Of a stretch of 35,137 bases of DNA, positions 1-9,388 are shown piece after piece. The position numbers were made by a program, and so were the translations under genes. The stretch is from assembly GCA_012510755.1 (NCBI GenBank), contig JAAZHL010000026.1, forward strand, positions 1 through 35,137, read 5' to 3'. The DNA is from Leucobacter sp. (GTDB lineage: Bacteria > Actinomycetota > Actinomycetes > Actinomycetales > Microbacteriaceae). The notes under the pieces are model-generated. The model had not been told where the DNA came from. It worked only from the letters and a program-made list of their open reading frames with translations, and ran no database searches. How positions within the stretch are numbered: position 1 is the first letter of the stretch; each line of letters begins with the position of its first letter.

Positions 1-2
1 CA

Positions 3-242
3 CCGCGCTATGCGGATGTAGCGGGGCTCCCTCCCTTCTACGTGCAGGTCGGAGGCGATGAGACCCTGCTTGACGACAGCCGGCGTTTCGTGGAGAAGGT
101 GCGTGCAGCCGGTGGGGAGATCAAGTTTGACGTTTACCCTGAGATGCAGCATGTCTTCCACTTCCTGGGAGGTACCGCGCCCGAGGCTGACCAGGCGATC
201 AGCGAGCTTGCGGCCTGGATGCGCCCGAAGCTGGGGCTCTGA
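3..242 (+). CDS. Alpha/beta hydrolase (HSL-like esterase/lipase family), C-terminal part; 5' end truncated by window edge
   Basis: Frame open from position 3: PRYADVAGLPPFYVQVGGDETLLDDS...VYPEMQHVF. This matches the LPP..I.VG..E.L.DD and HVF/HGF catalytic acid and His motifs of HSL-family hydrolases. Confidence 0.85.
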   Translation, partial: PRYADVAGLPPFYVQVGGDETLLDDSRRFVEKVRAAGGEIKFDVYPEMQHVFHFLGGTAPEADQAISELAAWMRPKLGL

Positions 243-249
243 ACACTCC

Positions 250-321
250 TCAGGGTTGTGATAGGCAGCCCTGACTTCACCGCGTGATGCTCGGCTGGTT
301 TCCGTTCGAGCATCACGCGGT
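250..321 (+). terminator. Two tandem stem-loops after the hydrolase gene, probable intrinsic terminator
   Basis: TCAGGGTTGT/GCAGCCCTGA hairpin (250-274) and a perfect 15-bp stem ACCGCGTGATGCTCG...CGAGCATCACGCGGT (279-321) directly after the stop codon. No U-tract, which is common in Actinobacteria. Confidence 0.55.
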
Positions 322-371
322 TGCTGCGGAGTCCGACAGCCTGCTGCCTGCCCAGCCGGCGCCATGCGCGG

Positions 372-902
372 CTAGGGTATGTTTCGTAAATAGTTGAGCC
401 AGGCTACGACCCCGTTGAGGACGACCGCGGCCCGGTACACAATCGCGAGCTTGTCGTAACGGGTCGCGAGCCCGCGCCATTGCTTGAGCCGACAATAGCC
501 ACGCTCGATCACGTTCCTGCCCCGGTATTTCTCGGCATCAAATTTCGGTGGCCTGCCACCGGTACGGCCGCGGCGCTTTCGGTGTGCTTGCTGGTCGCGG
601 GGCTCAGGAATGACCGCCTCGACGCGATGCTCTCGAAGATACTCGCGGTTCTTGCGTGACGAGTACGCCTTGTCACCCAAGACCGCATCGGGTCTGGTGC
701 GGCGGCCGATCTGCACGTGCTCCATGAGCGGGACGAACATCGGCGAGTCCCCGTCTTGACCTGCGGTGCAGATCGTCACAAGCGGCAGACCCTGCCCATC
801 GACCAGCTGATGCGTTTTCGTGGACAGGCCACCCCTGGAGCGGCCTACCGCGTTGTCAAGCGGCTCGATCAGCAGATTCTTGTAATTCGACGAATCCCTT
901 TT
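372..902 (-). CDS. IS5 transposase, C-terminal ORF B (DDE part), reached by frameshift from ORF A
   Basis: The frame is open upstream of the listed 779 start to 902 and encodes GRSRGGLSTKTHQLVDGQGLPL, then GDKAYSS and RNVIERGYCRLKQWRGLATRYDK. The stop TAG overlaps the target CTAG. Confidence 0.88.
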   Translation of the reverse strand, partial: KRDSSNYKNLLIEPLDNAVGRSRGGLSTKTHQLVDGQGLPLVTICTAGQDGDSPMFVPLMEHVQIGRRTRPDAVLGDKAYSSRKNREYLREHRVEAVIPEPRDQQAHRKRRGRTGGRPPKFDAEKYRGRNVIERGYCRLKQWRGLATRYDKLAIVYRAAVVLNGVVAWLNYLRNIP

Positions 903-1297
903 TTAGGCGTGACACGTTCGTCGCGTGCTGATGCGCACGCGCGATCGTGGAGTCCACCGACACCGACCAGTCGATGAGTCCCTCGCGATCCGCGAGCGCG
1001 TGTAGCCGCTGCTGCACCTGATCCCAGGCGCCATCACCGGCCATGCGGCGGTGCCACCGCCATACCGTCTGCCACGGCCCGAAGGCTTCGGGAAAGCCGC
1101 GCCACGCGATCCCGCACCGATACCGGTAAATGAAGCCCTCGACCAGCGTGCGGGCATCGGCGAACGGGGGGCCCTTTCTCCCCGTCGGGCCGGGCATCAG
1201 ATCCGCGATGAGTTCCCATTGGTCATCCGTAAGGAGCTGGAAGCGTGACATGGCTCCACGATCCCAGCTCTATCAAGAAAATTTACGAGACACGCCC
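375..1297 (-). mobile_element. IS5-family (IS427-like) insertion sequence, ~923 bp
   Basis: The ends CTAGGGTATGTTTCGTAAAT (372-391) and the reverse complement of 1281-1300, CTAGGGCGTGTCTCGTAAAT, match at 17/20 positions. CTAG at both ends fits a TA target duplication in a CTAG site. Two transposase ORFs lie inside. Confidence 0.92.
856..1251 (-). CDS. IS5 transposase, N-terminal ORF A (DUF4096-like region)
   Basis: LTDDQWELI...GIAWR..PE.FGPWQTVW...G.WD...WSVSVDSTIARAHQHA are typical IS5 N-terminal and N2 motifs. Confidence 0.9.
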   Translation of the reverse strand: MSRFQLLTDDQWELIADLMPGPTGRKGPPFADARTLVEGFIYRYRCGIAWRGFPEAFGPWQTVWRWHRRMAGDGAWDQVQQRLHALADREGLIDWSVSVDSTIARAHQHATNVSRLKKGFVELQESADRAA

Positions 1298-1456
1298 TAG
1301 TTGTCGCTCACAATTATGCGTTCTGCGGACTTCTGCACAGAAATTCTCAGACGCCTCGAAATCATGCTTTTGGTGCACTGCAGTCAGCCACGATAGTCAT
1401 CACCGCGCGGCACAACATCAACACCAATAACGCACGAATTCACAAAGGAGCTTCAC

Positions 1457-1654
1457 ATGAAACGTCAAGATTTTTCGGGCCGACAGCTGCTGGCAGAGCT
1501 GAAAGACGATAGAGGAGCGATCACCGCAGAGTACGCAGTCGTCATCATGGCTGCCGTCGCCTTCGCTGGCCTCTTAGTGGCAATTATGCGCTCAGGCGAA
1601 GTGCGCGCAATGCTGGTCGATCTCGTCCAAAACGCACTCGGCACAGCCGGCTAA
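1457..1654 (+). CDS. Flp-type pilin (DUF4244-like)
   Basis: Prepilin cleavage motif DDRG|AITAEYA followed by a hydrophobic helix. SD AAAGGAG lies upstream. Confidence 0.85.
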   Translation: MKRQDFSGRQLLAELKDDRGAITAEYAVVIMAAVAFAGLLVAIMRSGEVRAMLVDLVQNALGTAG

Positions 1655-1656
1655 CC

Positions 1657-2007
1657 GTGAAAGGGCACGCGCTGCACGATGAGCGTGGATCGATCACAGC
1701 AGAATTCGCGGTAGTGCTGCCAGCTGTGCTCATGGTGCTCGTGCTCGCAGTGGGGTCGATCATGCTCTCTGCACAGCAGGTGGTGCTCGTGGCCGCAGCG
1801 GCAGAAATCGCCAGGCTTGAAGCCCGCGACGACCAGGGTGCAGCGCGCGCCCGGCTTGATACGCTCGGGTTCGCCGTCACCGTGCGACGCAGCGAGCACG
1901 GGGCACTGCACTGTGTGCACCTCGCAGCCTCGCCGGGTGGCGGCCTGCTCGCCGCCCTAGAGATCTCGGCGCGAGCGTGTGCAGCAAGAACCGAGGCTAC
2001 GAGATGA
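1657..2007 (+). CDS. TadE-like minor pilin
   Basis: DERG|SITAEFAVVLP motif plus a hydrophobic segment; AAAEIARLEAR is typical of actinobacterial TadE. Confidence 0.8.
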   Translation: MKGHALHDERGSITAEFAVVLPAVLMVLVLAVGSIMLSAQQVVLVAAAAEIARLEARDDQGAARARLDTLGFAVTVRRSEHGALHCVHLAASPGGGLLAALEISARACAARTEATR

Positions 2008-2465
2008 GTGCCCCGGTGATGGCAGGCGTGGCAATGGCGACCCTCGCGCTTGGTCTTGGCGTCGTCACTGCTGCTCACACCCTCGAGGCCTCGGCGAGGG
2101 CTGCGGGCGCCGCCGACGCCGCAGCGCTCGCAGCAGCAGACGCCGTAGTCGGCTATCTTGAAGCAGTGCCATGTGAGATCGCTGGCGCGGTCGCGGCAGC
2201 GGTCAACTCGGCGCTCGAAAGCTGCGAGATACATGCAGCTAGCGGCCAGGTTCGCGTCGGAGTGAGTGTGCAGACTATCTTCGGAAGAGCACATGCTCAT
2301 GCACGAGCAGGGCCAGAAGTGGCATATAGTGGTGCCCCAGAACCGCATCACACCACTGAAGCACATGAAGAAGGAGCGCTGTGGGCGCGAAGAAACTCGT
2401 TATTGTCGAGTCTCCGACCAAGGCAAAGACCATCGGAGGCTACCTCGGTGACGACTATGAGGTGA
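2004..2465 (+). CDS. Rv3654c-like TadE-family (secretion/helicase neighbourhood) protein
   Basis: ATG at 2004 overlaps the previous stop (ATGA). Motifs RAAGAADAAALAAAD, PC...A..N...L..C and ARAGP are present. The 3' end runs 85 nt into topA, so the end coordinate is uncertain. Confidence 0.7.
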   Translation: MSAPVMAGVAMATLALGLGVVTAAHTLEASARAAGAADAAALAAADAVVGYLEAVPCEIAGAVAAAVNSALESCEIHAASGQVRVGVSVQTIFGRAHAHARAGPEVAYSGAPEPHHTTEAHEEGALWARRNSLLSSLRPRQRPSEATSVTTMR

Positions 2466-5182
2466 TTGCCTCAGTCGGCCATGTCCGTGATCTCGCTGAG
2501 CCGTCAGAGCTGCCAGCCGAGCTGAAAAAGGGGCCGTTCGGCAAGTTTGCCGTCGACGTCGAGAAAGACTTCGCACCCTACTACGTGGTGAACGCCAACA
2601 AAAAGAAGACCGTCACCGACCTCAAGCGGGCTCTGAAAGATGCGGACGAGCTGTGGCTCGCAACTGATGAGGACCGCGAGGGAGAGGCGATCGCGTGGCA
2701 TCTGCTTGAGGTGTTAAAGCCGAAGGTTCCAGTGCGGCGCATGGTGTTTCACGAGATCACCAAAGAGGCGATTGAAGAGGCCAAGTCAAACACCCGCGAT
2801 ATCGATATTGCACTGGTTGATGCACAAGAAACCAGGCGCATTCTTGACCGGCTCTACGGTTACGACATTTCGCCGGTGCTCTGGAGAAAGGTCGCGCCGA
2901 AGCTCTCTGCTGGGCGTGTGCAGTCGGCAGCCACCAGGCTTGTAGTCGACCGCGAACGCGAGCGCATGTCGTTCGTCGCGGCCGAATACTGGGATATCAG
3001 TGCGAAGTTCTGCCCTGATCAGAAGGCTCCTGACCAAACAGAGTTTGAAGCGAAACTTGTTCGACTTGACGGCGTGCGTCTTGCGACAGGTGGTGACTTC
3101 GACGATAACGGACAACTCAAGGCCAAGGCAGAGCAGGCCGGAGTGATCCTCTTGCCGCAGGCTCGAGCAGAGGCGCTCGCCACCGCACTTTCCCAGCTCG
3201 ACGCTGCCACCGTGCGTTCGATCGAGACGAAACCGCACACCAGACGCCCCGCGGCGCCGTTCACGACGTCGACTCTGCAGCAAGAAGCGTCTCGCAAGCT
3301 TCGTTACAGCTCACGCCAGACAATGTCTCACGCACAATCGCTGTACGAAAACGGTTACATCACCTATATGCGTACCGACTCGCCGACGCTCTCGAAGCAG
3401 GCGATTGAAGCGGCTCGCAAGCAGGCCGCAGCGCTCTACGGCGCTGAGACTGTACCTAACGCTCCGCGGGTGTACACGGGCAAGGCCAAGGGCGCGCAAG
3501 AAGCGCACGAGGCGATTCGCCCTGCAGGTGACACGTTTGTGCGCCCGAGCGAACTCAAGGGCAAGCGCAACCAGGGTGACTACGCACTGTACGAGCTCAT
3601 TTGGAAGCGCACGGTCGCAAGCCAGATGGCCGACGCCAAGGGCTCGACCGATACCGTCACCATCACGGCTGAAGTGCCCGAAAACGGTGCGAAGACCAAC
3701 GCTGATTTCACTGCCAGCGGCACCGTCATCACCTTTCCTGGCTTCTTGCTTGCCTACGAAGAGGGTAAAGACGAAAAGCGCACGCAGAAAGAGCAGAGCG
3801 TCGACCTGCCGCAGCTGGCTCAGGGTCAGGCCCTCGGCATCCTCGAACCGCTGGCGAAGGGCCACGAAACGAGCCCACCCCCGCGCTACACCGAGGCGAG
3901 TCTCACGAAGCAGCTCGAAGACCTCGGCGGTGGGCGGCCATCGACCTACGCGGCGATCATCGGCACCATCTCTGACCGCGGCTACGTGACCAAAAAGGGT
4001 CAAGCGCTGGTACCAAGCTGGATCGCCTTCTCTGTCGTGCGCCTGCTCGAAGAGCACTTCGCTGAACTCGTCAACTACGATTTCACGGCCGAGATGGAGA
4101 GCGACCTCGACCGCATTGCTGCTGGCGAAGAAGACCGCACCGGTTGGCTGCGCGAGTTCTACTTTGGCAGCGACAGCCACCCCGGGCTTCGGGGTGTGGT
4201 CGACAACCTCGGTGAGATCGATGCGCGCGCCATCAACACGATCAAGATCGACGACGAGATTTCGTTGCGTAACGGCAAATATGGGCCATACCTTGAGGTG
4301 TTCGACGACAAGTGCGAGGTCGGCGAAGACGGTGCGCTGAAGCCTCGCGTCGTTAACATTCCAGACGGGCTCGCACCCGACGAATTAACAGTGCAGCGAG
4401 CCCATGAACTCGCAGACGCAGAACCGCTCGAAGACCGAATCGTGGGTCTGCACCCAGCAACGGGCAAACGTATTGCTGCCAAGAACGGTCGCTTCGGGCC
4501 CTACGTCACCGAGCTGCCCGACGAGGGCGAAGAGCTGCCGAAGGGCGTCAAAGCACGCACTGCGTCGCTGTTCAAGAGCATGGATCCGGCGACCGTCGAC
4601 CTCGACTCCGCAGTAGCGCTGCTCGACCTGCCACGGGTGGTCGGCACTGATGTCGAATCTGGTGCTGAGATCACCGCACAAAATGGTCGCTACGGGCCCT
4701 ACCTGAAGAAGGGCACCGATACACGATCATTGCCGAGTGAAGACGCAATCTTTGGCATCGACCTTGCTGGCGCGCTCGAACTCTTTGCACAGCCAAAGTA
4801 CGGTGCACGGAAAGCCGCTTCGGCGCTGAAAGAGTTTGATGCCGACCCAGTCAGCGGCAAGCCCATCAAGGTGAAAGATGGGCGCTTCGGCCCGTATGTG
4901 ACGGACGGTGAGACAAACGCGACGATTCCCCGTGGCGACAGTGTCGAAGAGATCACCTTCGAACGCGCGGCCGAGTTGCTCGCAATCAAGCGCGCCAAGG
5001 GCCCGGTGAAACGCAAGGCTCCCGCACGTAAGACGGCGGCGAAGAAGCCCGCTGCGAAGTCTGCGGCAACGAAGAAGGCGGTCGACCCGGCGCGGTCTGC
5101 TGCAGCCAAAAAGGCGGCCGAGACCCGTAAGGCGAATGCTGCTGCGAAGGCCGCGGCTGCGGCCGCTGCCGCGGGGGAGTAA
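2381..5182 (+). CDS. topA: DNA topoisomerase I (type IA), actinobacterial form with C-terminal repeats and Lys-rich tail
   Basis: LVIVESPTKAKTI, ATDEDREGE, SAGRVQS, GYITYMRTDS (catalytic Tyr), QEAHEAIRP, repeated GRFGPY units, K/A-rich tail. Confidence 0.98.
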   Translation: MGAKKLVIVESPTKAKTIGGYLGDDYEVIASVGHVRDLAEPSELPAELKKGPFGKFAVDVEKDFAPYYVVNANKKKTVTDLKRALKDADELWLATDEDREGEAIAWHLLEVLKPKVPVRRMVFHEITKEAIEEAKSNTRDIDIALVDAQETRRILDRLYGYDISPVLWRKVAPKLSAGRVQSAATRLVVDRERERMSFVAAEYWDISAKFCPDQKAPDQTEFEAKLVRLDGVRLATGGDFDDNGQLKAKAEQAGVILLPQARAEALATALSQLDAATVRSIETKPHTRRPAAPFTTSTLQQEASRKLRYSSRQTMSHAQSLYENGYITYMRTDSPTLSKQAIEAARKQAAALYGAETVPNAPRVYTGKAKGAQEAHEAIRPAGDTFVRPSELKGKRNQGDYALYELIWKRTVASQMADAKGSTDTVTITAEVPENGAKTNADFTASGTVITFPGFLLAYEEGKDEKRTQKEQSVDLPQLAQGQALGILEPLAKGHETSPPPRYTEASLTKQLEDLGGGRPSTYAAIIGTISDRGYVTKKGQALVPSWIAFSVVRLLEEHFAELVNYDFTAEMESDLDRIAAGEEDRTGWLREFYFGSDSHPGLRGVVDNLGEIDARAINTIKIDDEISLRNGKYGPYLEVFDDKCEVGEDGALKPRVVNIPDGLAPDELTVQRAHELADAEPLEDRIVGLHPATGKRIAAKNGRFGPYVTELPDEGEELPKGVKARTASLFKSMDPATVDLDSAVALLDLPRVVGTDVESGAEITAQNGRYGPYLKKGTDTRSLPSEDAIFGIDLAGALELFAQPKYGARKAASALKEFDADPVSGKPIKVKDGRFGPYVTDGETNATIPRGDSVEEITFERAAELLAIKRAKGPVKRKAPARKTAAKKPAAKSAATKKAVDPARSAAAKKAAETRKANAAAKAAAAAAAAGE

Positions 5183-5184
5183 CC

Positions 5185-5874
5185 ATGTCTGAGTCCGCAG
5201 AGCCCTCGCTGGCAGCTCAGGCATCGTCGACAGCTGAGGCAGCGCGGTCTGTGGCCGGTGGCCTGTTTGTCACGTTCGAGGGCGGTGACGGCGCAGGTAA
5301 AAGCACTCAGGCCGACTTGCTTGCCACCTGGCTCGAAGCGCAAGGCTATGAGGTAGTGCGCACTCGCGACCCCGGCGGTACGCCACTGGGCAGCGCGGTG
5401 CGTGCTTTGCTCTTGCACGGTGACCATGTCGATCAACGAGCAGAGGCTCTGCTCTATGCAGCTGACCGTGCACAGAACCTCGCAGAAGTCGTGCGCCCAG
5501 CACTGGCCCGCGGTGCGGTCGTCGTGCAAGACCGCTACATCGATTCGTCGCTTGCGTACCAGGGTGCCGGCCGGCCCTTGCCGTCGAGCGAGATACGTGA
5601 ACTCAACGAGTGGGCTACTGAGGGTCTGTGGCCACAGCTGACCGTGTTGCTCGATGTCTCTCCCGACCTCGCTGCGCGTCGCCGTGCTTCGGCCGGTCAA
5701 CAGGCAGACCGACTCGAGCGAGAGGCCGCAGAGTTTCATCATCGAGTGCGTGAGGGGTTTCTTGCGCTGGCTGCAGCCGAACCCGACCGCTTCTTAGTGC
5801 TCGATGCTGCACAAGAGGTCAAAGAGCTGCACACGCAGATTCTCTCGAGAATCGCCACCTACCTCGCCGCATGA
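5185..5874 (+). CDS. tmk: Thymidylate kinase
   Basis: FVTFEGGDGAGKSTQ P-loop, LLYAADRAQ, DRYIDSSLAYQG; directly follows topA. Confidence 0.97.
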   Translation: MSESAEPSLAAQASSTAEAARSVAGGLFVTFEGGDGAGKSTQADLLATWLEAQGYEVVRTRDPGGTPLGSAVRALLLHGDHVDQRAEALLYAADRAQNLAEVVRPALARGAVVVQDRYIDSSLAYQGAGRPLPSSEIRELNEWATEGLWPQLTVLLDVSPDLAARRRASAGQQADRLEREAAEFHHRVREGFLALAAAEPDRFLVLDAAQEVKELHTQILSRIATYLAA

Positions 5875-6275
5875 GCTTTCTTCCTTGGCGCAACCCCACA
5901 CGTCAACCGGTGACCACGGGGTGGTGGGGCTGGTTTCCAAACATTCCGAGACGCGCTTTTGGGCGGGTGATCTGGGTGCTGATCGTTGGTGGTGTTTCGC
6001 TGGGATTTCTCGTCATGGCCATCGTTTCGATCACGGCATTGTTTCGCGCGAGCGAAGCCCAGCAAGGCGGTGTGTGGTCATGGCTGCTCACCGCGCTCTT
6101 CGGCGGTGTGCTGATGCCCGCAGGCTGTCTGGTGTTTGCCTGGCACCTGCTGAGTGGGCTTGCACTGGCCCGCAAAGAAGACCGCGAAGCAGCGGCTGTA
6201 GCGCTCGAGCTTCAGCAGAGTGAAGCCCAGGTCAGTGAAGCGAGGGCTCGACTCACCCGGGCTGCAGGGTTCTAA
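5871..6275 (+). CDS. Hypothetical membrane protein (two predicted TM helices)
   Basis: ATGA overlap with the tmk stop; two hydrophobic segments; no recognised family. Confidence 0.65.
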   Translation: MSFLPWRNPTRQPVTTGWWGWFPNIPRRAFGRVIWVLIVGGVSLGFLVMAIVSITALFRASEAQQGGVWSWLLTALFGGVLMPAGCLVFAWHLLSGLALARKEDREAAAVALELQQSEAQVSEARARLTRAAGF

Positions 6276-6299
6276 GAGGTCTCAGGGCTCTCAGGGTTA

Positions 6300-6638
6300 T
6301 CAGGCTGAGACTGCTTCGGCGTCGCCCACCAGTTTCAGCCCGATAACACAGGCAACGATGCCGAGCAGCAGCAAGATCTTCAGCACGCTGACCGCCTCGT
6401 CGCCAGTTGCCATCGCGTAGATGACCGTAGCCGAAGCTCCGATCGCTACCCAGACGGCATATCCGGTGCCGGTTGGTATCTCGCGCAGCGCGTACGCGAG
6501 ACCGCCCATGCTGATGACGCAGGCCACAAAGAATGTGACGGTCGGCCACAGTTTGGTGAAACCGTTCGATTTGCCGAGGGCGGTCGCCCAAACGGCCTCG
6601 AAGAGCCCCGACAGAACCAAAATAATCCATGCCAACAC
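6300..6638 (-). CDS. sugE: SMR-family guanidinium exporter (Gdx/SugE)
   Basis: AWIILVLSGLFEAVWA (conserved Glu), IPTGTGYAVWVAIG, four TM helices. Probable GTG start at 6638, 6 nt after SD GAGAGG. Guanidine riboswitch upstream. Confidence 0.92.
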   Translation of the reverse strand: MLAWIILVLSGLFEAVWATALGKSNGFTKLWPTVTFFVACVISMGGLAYALREIPTGTGYAVWVAIGASATVIYAMATGDEAVSVLKILLLLGIVACVIGLKLVGDAEAVSA

Positions 6639-6651
6639 GACATGCCTCTCT

Positions 6652-6691
6652 GGCAAGTCTTGTCATGGCGGGGTACTTGACCGTCGTCCCG
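6652..6691 (-). ncRNA. Guanidine-III (ykkC-III) riboswitch
   Basis: The minus strand reads CGGG-ACGA-C-GGUCAAGU-AC-CCCG-CCAUG-ACAAG-ACUUGCC. P1 is CGGG/CCCG, the ACGA, AC and ACAAG tracts are conserved, and pseudoknot P2 is GG(U)CAAGU/ACUUGCC. It abuts the SD of an SMR gene. Confidence 0.88.
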
Positions 6692-6905
6692 AAGCCCACG
6701 CCACGTCTCAGGCGCAGGCTCGATCTCTACTTTCTCACCGGTCGCTGTGCAGAGCCTGAGCAGCGGCGCGACCGCCGTGGGGCAGCCGCTGGGCAGCGGT
6801 GGGCTCTTGTGGCTGGCCCGCAGGCAGAAAGCAGCCACTACTGCCCATTCGTTCGGTGGAACAGGGGGCAGCGGCGCTACACCGAGGCAGGCTACTGGCT
6901 ACGGG

Positions 6906-9323
6906 CTACTCCGAAATGCCGATGCCGGGGGCGCCGCCCACCGAACGCTCGAAGCGGGCTTCAGCCGCATCGGCGGCCGGGCTCAGCAGGTCAGGTTCGA
7001 TGATGTCACCAAAGTGCGCGGGCAGGGTGCCTCGCGACGCTCCGCGCAGTTCGCCTAGCGGCAGCACAAACTGGTCTTGCACTTCGAGCGCAGCTTCGTC
7101 ACCGACGCCTTCGGTCACACCAATGCGCAACACTGGGTAGCCTCGGCCCTCGCACAGCCCGCGAAACTTGACCTCTTCTTCGTGCGGCACGGCAACGAGT
7201 GCTCGGCCCTGCGTCTCAGAGAACAGCGCAGCGGTCGCATCGACACCGTCGCGTGACATGATTTCATCGAGCCACACGCGGGCGCCCACACCAAAACGCA
7301 GCAGCCCGTCGGTCAACGCCTGTGCCAGGCCGCCCTCACCGAGGTCGACGGCCGCAGATAGCAGGCCACTTTGCGAGGCACCATGCAGCAACTGGGCGAG
7401 CGCACGCTCGTCGTCAAACGACACACGTGGGGGCAGCCCACCAAGGTGGTCATGCACGGTCTCTGCCCAAGCAGAACCGTCGAGTTCGTCACGCGTGACA
7501 CCGAGCAGGTAGAGGTGTTCGCCCTGGTCTTGCCAGCCAGCGGGCACACGGCGCGCGACATCGTCAATAATGCCCATCAAGCCGACGACTGGTGTCGGGT
7601 GAATGGGTGTGTCACCGGTCTGGTTGTAGAACGACACGTTGCCGCCGGTGACTGGCACCTCAAGCTCGAGGCAAGCGTCAGCGAGCCCCTCAACGGCGCG
7701 TGAGAACTGCCACATGACTTCGGGGTTCTCGGGGCTGCCGAAGTTGAGGCAGTCGGTGACCGCGGTCGGCACGGCGCCGGTGGTGGCGACGTTGCGGTAG
7801 GCCTCGGCAAGCGCGAGCTGCGAGCCTGCGTAAGGGTCGAGTTGGCAGTACCTGCCGTTTGCGTCAGTCGAGATCGCGACACCGAGGCCGCTGTCTTCTG
7901 AGACACGAATCATGCCTGCAGCGTCAGGGAATGACAGCGCAGTGTTGCCCATGACGTAGTAGTCGTACTGGTTCGTGATCCAGTCGGTCGATGCCTGGTT
8001 TGGTGATGCTGCCACGGCGATGAGTTGCTCGCGCAGTTCGGCACCCGAGGTGGGCCTCGCGAGTCCAGCGGCCGACACCGATGACGCCTGCAGCGTGTCG
8101 ATCCACGCGGGGTAGGCGACCGGTCGTTCGTAGACGGGCCCGTCGACGGCAACGGTCGAGGGGTCAACGTTGACGATCTCTTCACCGCGCCAGTTGATAA
8201 TGAGGCGGTTGGTGTCGGTGACTTCGCCCAGCACGCTCGTTTCGACGTCCCATTTCTTCGTGATCTCGAGAAACGCGTCGAGCTTTTCGGGCTGCACGAT
8301 CGCCATCATGCGTTCTTGGCTTTCGCTCATGAGGATTTCTTCTGCGGTGAGCGTGGGGTCGCGCAGCAGCACACTGTCAAGTTCGATGAACATGCCGCCG
8401 TCGCCGTTGGCTGCGAGTTCGCTCGTTGCACACGAGATGCCAGCGGCACCGAGGTCTTGAATGCCCTCAACAAGTTCGTTTGCGAAGAGTTCGAGGCAGC
8501 ACTCGATGAGCACCTTCTCAGCGAAGGGGTCACCTACCTGCACGGCGGGGCGCTTGGTGGGGCCGCCTTCGTCGAAGCTGTCAGAGGCGAGGATCGACGC
8601 GCCGCCAATCCCGTCGCCACCGGTGCGGGCACCGAACAGCACTACTTTGTTGCCGAGGCCCGAGGCGTTTGCGGTGTGCAAGTCTTCATGGCGCAAGACG
8701 CCCACACCCAGCACGTTGACCAGCGGGTTTGCTTGGTACACGCCATCAAAGACCGTCTCGCCACCGATGTTTGGTAGGCCCAAGCAGTTCGCGTACGAGC
8801 TGATGCCTGCAACAGCACCGTGCACTACGCGGGCGGTGTCGGGGTGGTCGATGGCGCCGAAGCGAAGCTGGTCCATGACAGCTACTGGTCGCGCACCCAT
8901 CGAAATGATGTCGCGAATAATGCCGCCTACGCCGGTTGCGGCACCCTGGAACGGTTCAATGTACGAGGGGTGGTTGTGGCTCTCAACCTTGAAGGTGACG
9001 GCCCAGCCTTCACCGATGTCGACGACGCCTGCGTTTTCGCCCATGCCGACGAGCAGCCGCTCACCCATCTTTTCGGTGACCTTTTTGCCGAACTGGCGCA
9101 GGTAGATCTTTGACGATTTGTATGAGCAGTGCTCGCTCCACATCACCGAGTACATTGCCAGCTCGCCTGAGGTGGGGCGGCGGCCAAGAATCTCGCGAAT
9201 TTGTGCGTATTCGTCGGCTTTCAGGCCAAGGGCCTCAAACGGCTGTTCGCGCTCGGGCGTCGCGAGTGCGTCGGCGACGGTATCGGGGCGTGGTTCTGTT
9301 GCTGCAGCAGTGGTTTCGGTCAC
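6906..9323 (-). CDS. purL: Phosphoribosylformylglycinamidine synthase subunit PurL
   Basis: [51 protein letters not shown]. Confidence 0.98.
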   Translation of the reverse strand: MTETTAAATEPRPDTVADALATPEREQPFEALGLKADEYAQIREILGRRPTSGELAMYSVMWSEHCSYKSSKIYLRQFGKKVTEKMGERLLVGMGENAGVVDIGEGWAVTFKVESHNHPSYIEPFQGAATGVGGIIRDIISMGARPVAVMDQLRFGAIDHPDTARVVHGAVAGISSYANCLGLPNIGGETVFDGVYQANPLVNVLGVGVLRHEDLHTANASGLGNKVVLFGARTGGDGIGGASILASDSFDEGGPTKRPAVQVGDPFAEKVLIECCLELFANELVEGIQDLGAAGISCATSELAANGDGGMFIELDSVLLRDPTLTAEEILMSESQERMMAIVQPEKLDAFLEITKKWDVETSVLGEVTDTNRLIINWRGEEIVNVDPSTVAVDGPVYERPVAYPAWIDTLQASSVSAAGLARPTSGAELREQLIAVAASPNQASTDWITNQYDYYVMGNTALSFPDAAGMIRVSEDSGLGVAISTDANGRYCQLDPYAGSQLALAEAYRNVATTGAVPTAVTDCLNFGSPENPEVMWQFSRAVEGLADACLELEVPVTGGNVSFYNQTGDTPIHPTPVVGLMGIIDDVARRVPAGWQDQGEHLYLLGVTRDELDGSAWAETVHDHLGGLPPRVSFDDERALAQLLHGASQSGLLSAAVDLGEGGLAQALTDGLLRFGVGARVWLDEIMSRDGVDATAALFSETQGRALVAVPHEEEVKFRGLCEGRGYPVLRIGVTEGVGDEAALEVQDQFVLPLGELRGASRGTLPAHFGDIIEPDLLSPAADAAEARFERSVGGAPGIGISE

Positions 9324-9329
9324 CCCTCC

Positions 9330-9335
9330 AGCCTA
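9330..9335 (-). promoter_or_regulatory. Probable -10 element TAGGCT of a leaderless purL transcript
   Basis: GGTAGGCT lies 6 nt before the GTG start, leaving no room for a spaced SD. Confidence 0.55.
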
Positions 9336-9388
9336 CCTTTGCAAGACCAGTGGTGGCGATTCTCAGCGAGTCACGACAAACTGGTCTC

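Noticed and set aside
6276-6910. Short stutters (CTCAGGG x2 at ~6281-6297; GGCTAC x3 at ~6890-6909)
   Set aside because: Too short and degenerate to support a functional call; probably local slippage at gene ends.
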